DNA of 64,000 bases from Chloroflexota bacterium (GTDB lineage: Bacteria; Chloroflexota; UBA11872; VXOZ01). The position numbers and the translations under genes are program-made. Location: positions 512,001 to 576,000 of the forward strand of contig OZ219802.1 of assembly GCA_964291655.2 (NCBI GenBank), written 5' to 3'. The notes beneath the pieces were generated by a model, which saw only the letters and a program-made list of their open reading frames with translations, made no database searches and was not told the origin of the DNA. Each line of letters opens with the position of its first letter. Position 1 is the first letter of the stretch. Of the stretch, positions 59,382-64,000 are shown piece by piece.

Positions 59382-60251
59382 ATGTACGAGAAGATCAGCG
59401 GCTTTAGTGATGAAATCGTCGACGACTTTGCCGAGCAACTCGACGCCATGCAAGAACTCGGCATCAAACACATCGAAGTGCGTAATCTTGCCGTCAACGG
59501 CAAGCCGAAAGCCGTTATCGTTGACCTCACCGAAGATGACTTGCACGCGGCTAAGCGTGAACTCGACAACCGCGGCATGCGCGTTTCGGCCATTGGCTCA
59601 CCCATTGGCAAGATTTCGACTACTGATGATTTCGATGCCCACATGGAACGCTTCAAGGGCGCGCTTCGTGCCGCTGATATCCTTGAAACCTCCTACATCC
59701 GGATGTTTTCATTCTTCATGCCGGAGGGCGAGGACCCGGCCCAGCACCGCGATGAGGTGATGCGCCGCCTGAACACCCTCTGCCAGGCAGCCCGCCAACA
59801 TCGGTCCGATATTCTTCTCTTGCACGAGAACGAGAGCGACATCTATGGCGATACGCCCTCGCGCTGCAAGGACATCTTTGAATCAGTAGGGGCTGAGAAC
59901 TTCCGTTTCACGCTCGACCCCGCAAACTTTGTCGCATGCGGTGTGAAACCGTTTACTGAGGCCTACCCGGCGCTGAAACCCTGGCTGCACTACGTGCACG
60001 TAAAAGACAAAGAGTCGCCTGATGGAAAAGTCGTAGTTGCCGGCGAGGGAAGCGCAGAGTGGCGGGAACTCTTGGGCGCCCTCAAAGCGGATGGGTACGA
60101 CGGCTTTTACTCGCTCGAGCCGCACCTGCAGGTTGCCGGGCGCTCTTTTGGCTATACCGGGCACGATCTCTTTGCCAAAGCGCACGGGGCACTCATTGAC
60201 TTGCTTACTGAAACGGGCTGGCAAGCGCCGTCTAATGTGAGCGCTTCCTAG
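59382..60251 (+). CDS. sugar phosphate isomerase/epimerase family protein
   Basis: SGFSDE, GSPIGK, IRMFSF, HENE, DPANF, HVKD, SLEPH. Confidence 0.9.
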   Translation: MYEKISGFSDEIVDDFAEQLDAMQELGIKHIEVRNLAVNGKPKAVIVDLTEDDLHAAKRELDNRGMRVSAIGSPIGKISTTDDFDAHMERFKGALRAADILETSYIRMFSFFMPEGEDPAQHRDEVMRRLNTLCQAARQHRSDILLLHENESDIYGDTPSRCKDIFESVGAENFRFTLDPANFVACGVKPFTEAYPALKPWLHYVHVKDKESPDGKVVVAGEGSAEWRELLGALKADGYDGFYSLEPHLQVAGRSFGYTGHDLFAKAHGALIDLLTETGWQAPSNVSAS

Positions 60252-60363
60252 ACCTGATTTACGTGCGGTCAGCCAAGGGATACAAGAAGGATTGCCACAA
60301 CGCGTAGTGGCGGCCAATTTGAATTCTGGCTCGTGGACCGAATCGTCCGGCCCGGCGACCTAA

Positions 60364-60738
60364 CTACGTATCCTTGATAGATGGCAACCTCGACTGCGCC
60401 TCGGCTTTGACTTGAAAACTTGGGCGCTTGCCGTGCCGCTTGGCGAGTTCTTGGTAAATATCCTCCGGTACGCCCCCGCTCTGTGCCAGCAACACCAAAC
60501 AGTGAAACCAGAGATCAGCCAACTCCGCCGTCAGTTCATCCGGTGTCTCATTCTTGGCCGCCAGCACCACCTCGATCGACTCTTCGCCAACTTTGCGGGC
60601 AATGCGATCAATTCCACCGCTTAGCAAGTGCGTGACATACGAACCCTCGGGCAGCAGCCGTTGCCGCTCACGAATAGTCTCAAACACCTCATCGAGTACC
60701 GACGCCGACGTTGCAGCGGGCGGCTTGTCTGCGGCCAT
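60364..60738 (-). CDS. hisE: phosphoribosyl-ATP pyrophosphohydrolase
   Basis: GSYV..L, KVGEE, ELADLWFH. Confidence 0.94.
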   Translation of the reverse strand: MAADKPPAATSASVLDEVFETIRERQRLLPEGSYVTHLLSGGIDRIARKVGEESIEVVLAAKNETPDELTAELADLWFHCLVLLAQSGGVPEDIYQELAKRHGKRPSFQVKAEAQSRLPSIKDT

Positions 60739-60740
60739 GG

Positions 60741-61106
60741 CTATTCCTCTTCAAGCGTACGGTAATAACAAGAAACACTACCGGTGTGGCACGTTGGACC
60801 TTCGGGCCGAGCCAGGATCAGCAGCGAGTTTTCTTCACAATTGCGGTACACTTGCACCACATTTAGGTAATTGCCGCTCGTTGCACCTTTGTGCCAAGGC
60901 TCCTGTCGGCTCCGACTCCAAAACCACACCTGTCCCGACGCCAGAGTCTTCGCCAACATCGCTTTTGTCATAAAGCCCAACATGAGCACCTGCTTCGTGT
61001 TCGCGTCCTGGACCACAGCAGGGACTAGCCCCTGGGCATCGAATTCGAGCCGCTCAAGAGCAGAATCTGTCGCACTCTCACTCATAGATATCGTTGCTTC
61101 GCTCAT
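60741..61106 (-). CDS. hisI: phosphoribosyl-AMP cyclohydrolase
   Basis: GLVPAVVQD, WSRSR, WHKGATSGN, GPTCHTGSVSC; AGGAG RBS before ATG 61106. Confidence 0.93.
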   Translation of the reverse strand: MSEATISMSESATDSALERLEFDAQGLVPAVVQDANTKQVLMLGFMTKAMLAKTLASGQVWFWSRSRQEPWHKGATSGNYLNVVQVYRNCEENSLLILARPEGPTCHTGSVSCYYRTLEEE

Positions 61107-61277
61107 GATTCTCCTATGGTGCACTCCCACCGACAATACACCGCTCCACACACCTGTCACCGTGTCAATGCGAGATGCAGCGCATTCGCGACCCCAAAAT
61201 TATACCGCAGCGGCACTCAGCTAGTGTGAAAACGCTGCGCCAGCGAGTGCTGCAAGCCGTTTACCGTCTTTCCCTTT

Positions 61278-61538
61278 GGAGACCATTGCATAACCCCACA
61301 TTCAAGCAGGGGCACTCCCTCTCCTGGGGGAGAGGGTTGGGGTGAGGGGGTCTTTTTGCTACGATGGCCCTTCATCCTGGGCAGTGTCAAGACGTATAAG
61401 GCCAGAATCGGTGTGCATATGGAGAGATTTCAGGAGATCCACCCTCACCCCCGTATCACGTACGGGGCAGGCTCTAGACCTCTCCCGTCGAGGGAGAGGG
61501 AACTATTTCGCTACCGCTTGAGATGCACAAAGGTCTCC
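61278..61538 (+). mobile_element. IS5-type MITE, IS-free copy carrying a 24-bp mini-insert
   Basis: GGAGACCATTGCA...CACAAAGGTCTCC, TTT TSD, two inverted CCCTCTCC/GGAGAGGG hairpin modules. Confidence 0.88.
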
Positions 61539-61599
61539 TTTGGATGAGACTCCACCCCACCTGCGGCCCAGCAGCAAATGCGGACGGCGCGACGCTTCG

Positions 61600-62439
61600 T
61601 CACACGGTCCAGCGGTTGACTTGGGCGTGAAGCGCCCGGCGTTCGCGCGCCAAGGCAGCCGGCCTGCTGCCGACGGCATCCAGCAAATGCACCAAGGCGG
61701 GGTTTCGGCCCAGACCCTGCATGATCAAGGGAAAGTCGGGCGCTCGATCAAGCTCGAGTTGGAGCGGGCGATCAGGGTCTGTGACCGGATTGGCATTAGT
61801 CCAGCGAATTGCGGCAAGACGATCGACAAAGCGCGAAGCCTTCCGCACGTAACGTGCCAACTGTTCGTTGTCCCACATTACCGATTGAAATGCCCGTCCG
61901 GTGTGCATCACAAAGCGCAACGAAGGAAAGGAATCGAGAAAGGTAAGAAAGTCATCCGGGAAGTGCAACACCGACTCGCGGCCGCCGTTCTCAATGGCGA
62001 GCGGCACGCCGGGAAAAAGTACAAGCAACGCCTGAAATGCCTCATAGAGCGCCTGAAGATGATCGTCGATCTGCCTCTTGCGCCTACCTGCGTGCACTAC
62101 ATAGAGCGACATCGGCGCATACGCTTCAAAGAATTCGATCGTTTGGACAAGCCTCCGCAAATAGACCGACCGGGGAATCGGCGTGACATCGCTCGGCGCC
62201 TCTTCAAATCCTTCATCCGCAAAAATGTTTAACTGGAACTGCAACGGCGCATGCGTGATTATCTTCAGCACATCCTGGGTAAACGTGTCCCACAACCCCT
62301 TGCGGTAGAGCACCTCATCCACACTCACTTCTACCACGGCAAACTCTAATCGTTGCCCCGTATGCAAGGTCTCCTGCAGTTGTTCAGCCACGCTCATGCG
62401 CCGAAACGGCTGCAAACGAGGATTGAATCCGACACGCAT
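61600..62439 (-). CDS. hypothetical protein, possible degenerate xylose-isomerase-like TIM barrel
   Basis: 279-aa ORF with VVHAG, LAIEN, LRFVMHTGRA patterns; start uncertain (62439 or 62397). Confidence 0.6.
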   Translation of the reverse strand: MRVGFNPRLQPFRRMSVAEQLQETLHTGQRLEFAVVEVSVDEVLYRKGLWDTFTQDVLKIITHAPLQFQLNIFADEGFEEAPSDVTPIPRSVYLRRLVQTIEFFEAYAPMSLYVVHAGRRKRQIDDHLQALYEAFQALLVLFPGVPLAIENGGRESVLHFPDDFLTFLDSFPSLRFVMHTGRAFQSVMWDNEQLARYVRKASRFVDRLAAIRWTNANPVTDPDRPLQLELDRAPDFPLIMQGLGRNPALVHLLDAVGSRPAALARERRALHAQVNRWTV

Positions 62440-62848
62440 AAACTACACCACACGCTCACTGTATTGCGAAGACCTATCAGATGTGGGACTTAGCCTTCGT
62501 GCTTCCCATGCCGATTTCATCACCAACCTGTTGCTGCACGGGACACTTTCATTGGTTCACTGTGGTACAACGTATCACAATGCCAAGTGCATACCGTCCT
62601 CCCCATTCCTTAGATACCGAAATGAGAATGACCCTGTCAAGTGAGCGGTAGGGATTGTAAGCACTCAAGAGTGCCCACACCCGATGCAGGCTTCAATCAG
62701 CAGTCGTTGCCCAAGAATGCTCTGGTGCGTAGGGCGCATAGACTTACACGATGGGAATTGGAGTGCCTCATTGTTGCGCCGCCACACATGCATTTACGGG
62801 AGAGCTTTGGATTTTCGTGGGACGCGCGGGACTGCTAGACTGGAATGT

Positions 62849-62945
62849 GGAGGCGCTCGGGTCCCGGTGGGCCTCGCGGTCTTCAAAACCGTCTGCGGGG
62901 CGGGCTACTCCCGTCCTGGGTGGGTTCGACTCCCATGCGCCTCCG
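62849..62945 (+). tRNA. selC: tRNA-Sec (anticodon TCA)
   Basis: 8-bp acceptor GGAGGCGC/GCGCCTCC, 6-bp D stem with 4-nt loop, anticodon loop CTTCAAA, long variable arm, T loop TTCGACT, G discriminator; CCA not encoded. Confidence 0.95.
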
Positions 62946-63070
62946 CCGGACTCGGTATGGAATAGATTGAGTTCACTTGTCGCGGCCTGACCTTTGTATC
63001 CACTCTTGCGCCTTCTTGACACCGGCGCATGAACGAATAAGCACATCGGCATGCTGTCGACACGCGAAAT

Positions 63071-63140
63071 TGTGCTTCGGCAAGCTCAACACGAAAGGAT
63101 ATATCGCTTTTCCGTTCGCCCTGAGCTTGTCGTAGGGCAG
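63071..63140. repeat. CTTCGxCAAGCTCA/CTGAGCTTGTCG REP-like pair (core of the IS1182-type MITE)
   Basis: Matches the internal part of the 27423 and 23039 elements. Confidence 0.65.
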
Positions 63141-63288
63141 TTTTGCCCAGGGCAAAGTACTCATGAGGTGAATTCTTGGCGTGTGTAGCAAGTGCCGTCA
63201 GCCCGGCGCGCTCCTGTAGCACCCGCAATAGTCGGCCAGCGCTGAGAGGCGAAATTCTCAGTACCATTACCGCCGGCCAGCCACTTCG

Positions 63289-64000
63289 TCAGTTCAGCGC
63301 TTTGCCGAGATACTCCCGGTTCAAACGACCAACCTCAGCCGTCGGGCGGTCCGTTGTCGGCTCGCAGGTCGACCACTCGTAGAGGACCCAATGCGGGAAT
63401 TCCCGGGCGCGGAGTTCGGAGAATATCTCACCGAGCGCCACGTCTCCCTCGCCCATCACCTCCACGCAAGCCGCATTTTTCACCGTGTCGCGAACGTGCA
63501 CCATGCGTAAGCGCGCATAATGTTCCTTCAGCACCGCCACGCCGTCGGCTCCCGCCCACATTGCCCAATTGATGTCCAGACACAGGCCAAGCGCGTCTGC
63601 GTCAATCGCAGACATGATTTCGCGAAAGACCCGCGCGCCGTGCGCAAACTCATGCTGGTGGTTGTGGAGCAGCGGCATCACGCCCTGTGCAGCGGCGTAC
63701 GAGCATAATTCACTGAGATGCGCCACTTGCATTTCACTCTCTTCGCGGGTCAATTGCCCGCCCTGTTTCCGTCCCGTGCTGATGACGAGATACTCGGCGC
63801 CCACCGCCCCGGCAAATTCCGCAGCTGCGCGTGCCTGAGGCATAGCCTTCTCTTGCACAGTCAGCGGGTCGTGCCACGCTCCTCCTACGTGGATACCGGC
63901 CGTCTTGAGTCCATTCCCGTCCACGGCGCGACGGTAGGCTGCAACATCGTCAGGGTTCTTGACGTAGGCGTAGCCAATCTCCACACCCTCGAAGCCTGCC
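63289..64000 (-). CDS. sugar phosphate isomerase/epimerase (IolE-like), 5' end outside the window
   Basis: GFEGVEI, HNHQHEF, LCLDINW, VHVRD, GEGDV. Confidence 0.85.
   Translation of the reverse strand, partial: AGFEGVEIGYAYVKNPDDVAAYRRAVDGNGLKTAGIHVGGAWHDPLTVQEKAMPQARAAAEFAGAVGAEYLVISTGRKQGGQLTREESEMQVAHLSELCSYAAAQGVMPLLHNHQHEFAHGARVFREIMSAIDADALGLCLDINWAMWAGADGVAVLKEHYARLRMVHVRDTVKNAACVEVMGEGDVALGEIFSELRAREFPHWVLYEWSTCEPTTDRPTAEVGRLNREYLGKALN

Noticed and set aside
62945-64000. Genomic island integrated at selC
   Set aside because: No integrase, no duplicated tRNA 3' end and no compositional shift within the window.

Overview
GC-rich (roughly 60%) bacterial chromosomal segment, most likely Chloroflexota (inference from gene style, e.g. 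the secG-peptide SBP pair and the C39-TPR protein). It holds about 48 CDS. Housekeeping genes include pepA, clpC, comF, glpX, acs, sod, secG, hisE/hisI, dgt and a MoxR/VWA operon. There are many catabolic enzymes (two ceramidase-like paralogs, amidohydrolases, Gfo/Idh/MocA, enolase-family, SDR, TIM-barrel epimerases), transporters and tRNA-Sec (selC). The most striking non-coding structure is a hierarchy of nested mobile DNA. A ~237-bp MITE with IS5/IS1106-like ends (GGAGACCTTTGCA...TGCAAAGGTCTCC, 3-bp TSD) carries CCCTCTCCC-n-GGGAGAGGG hairpins. These hairpins are the insertion sites of a complete IS1182, a complete IS481, an IS1182-type MITE and apparently the MITE itself, and a 24-bp mini-element sits next to them. 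One decayed copy lies in frame inside a metallophosphoesterase gene. Other notable items are a stand-alone ClpC N-domain gene next to a clpC with an altered NBD2 Walker B, and a tandem pair of membrane proteins with BON-like C-termini. No CRISPR array, prophage or integrase was seen.
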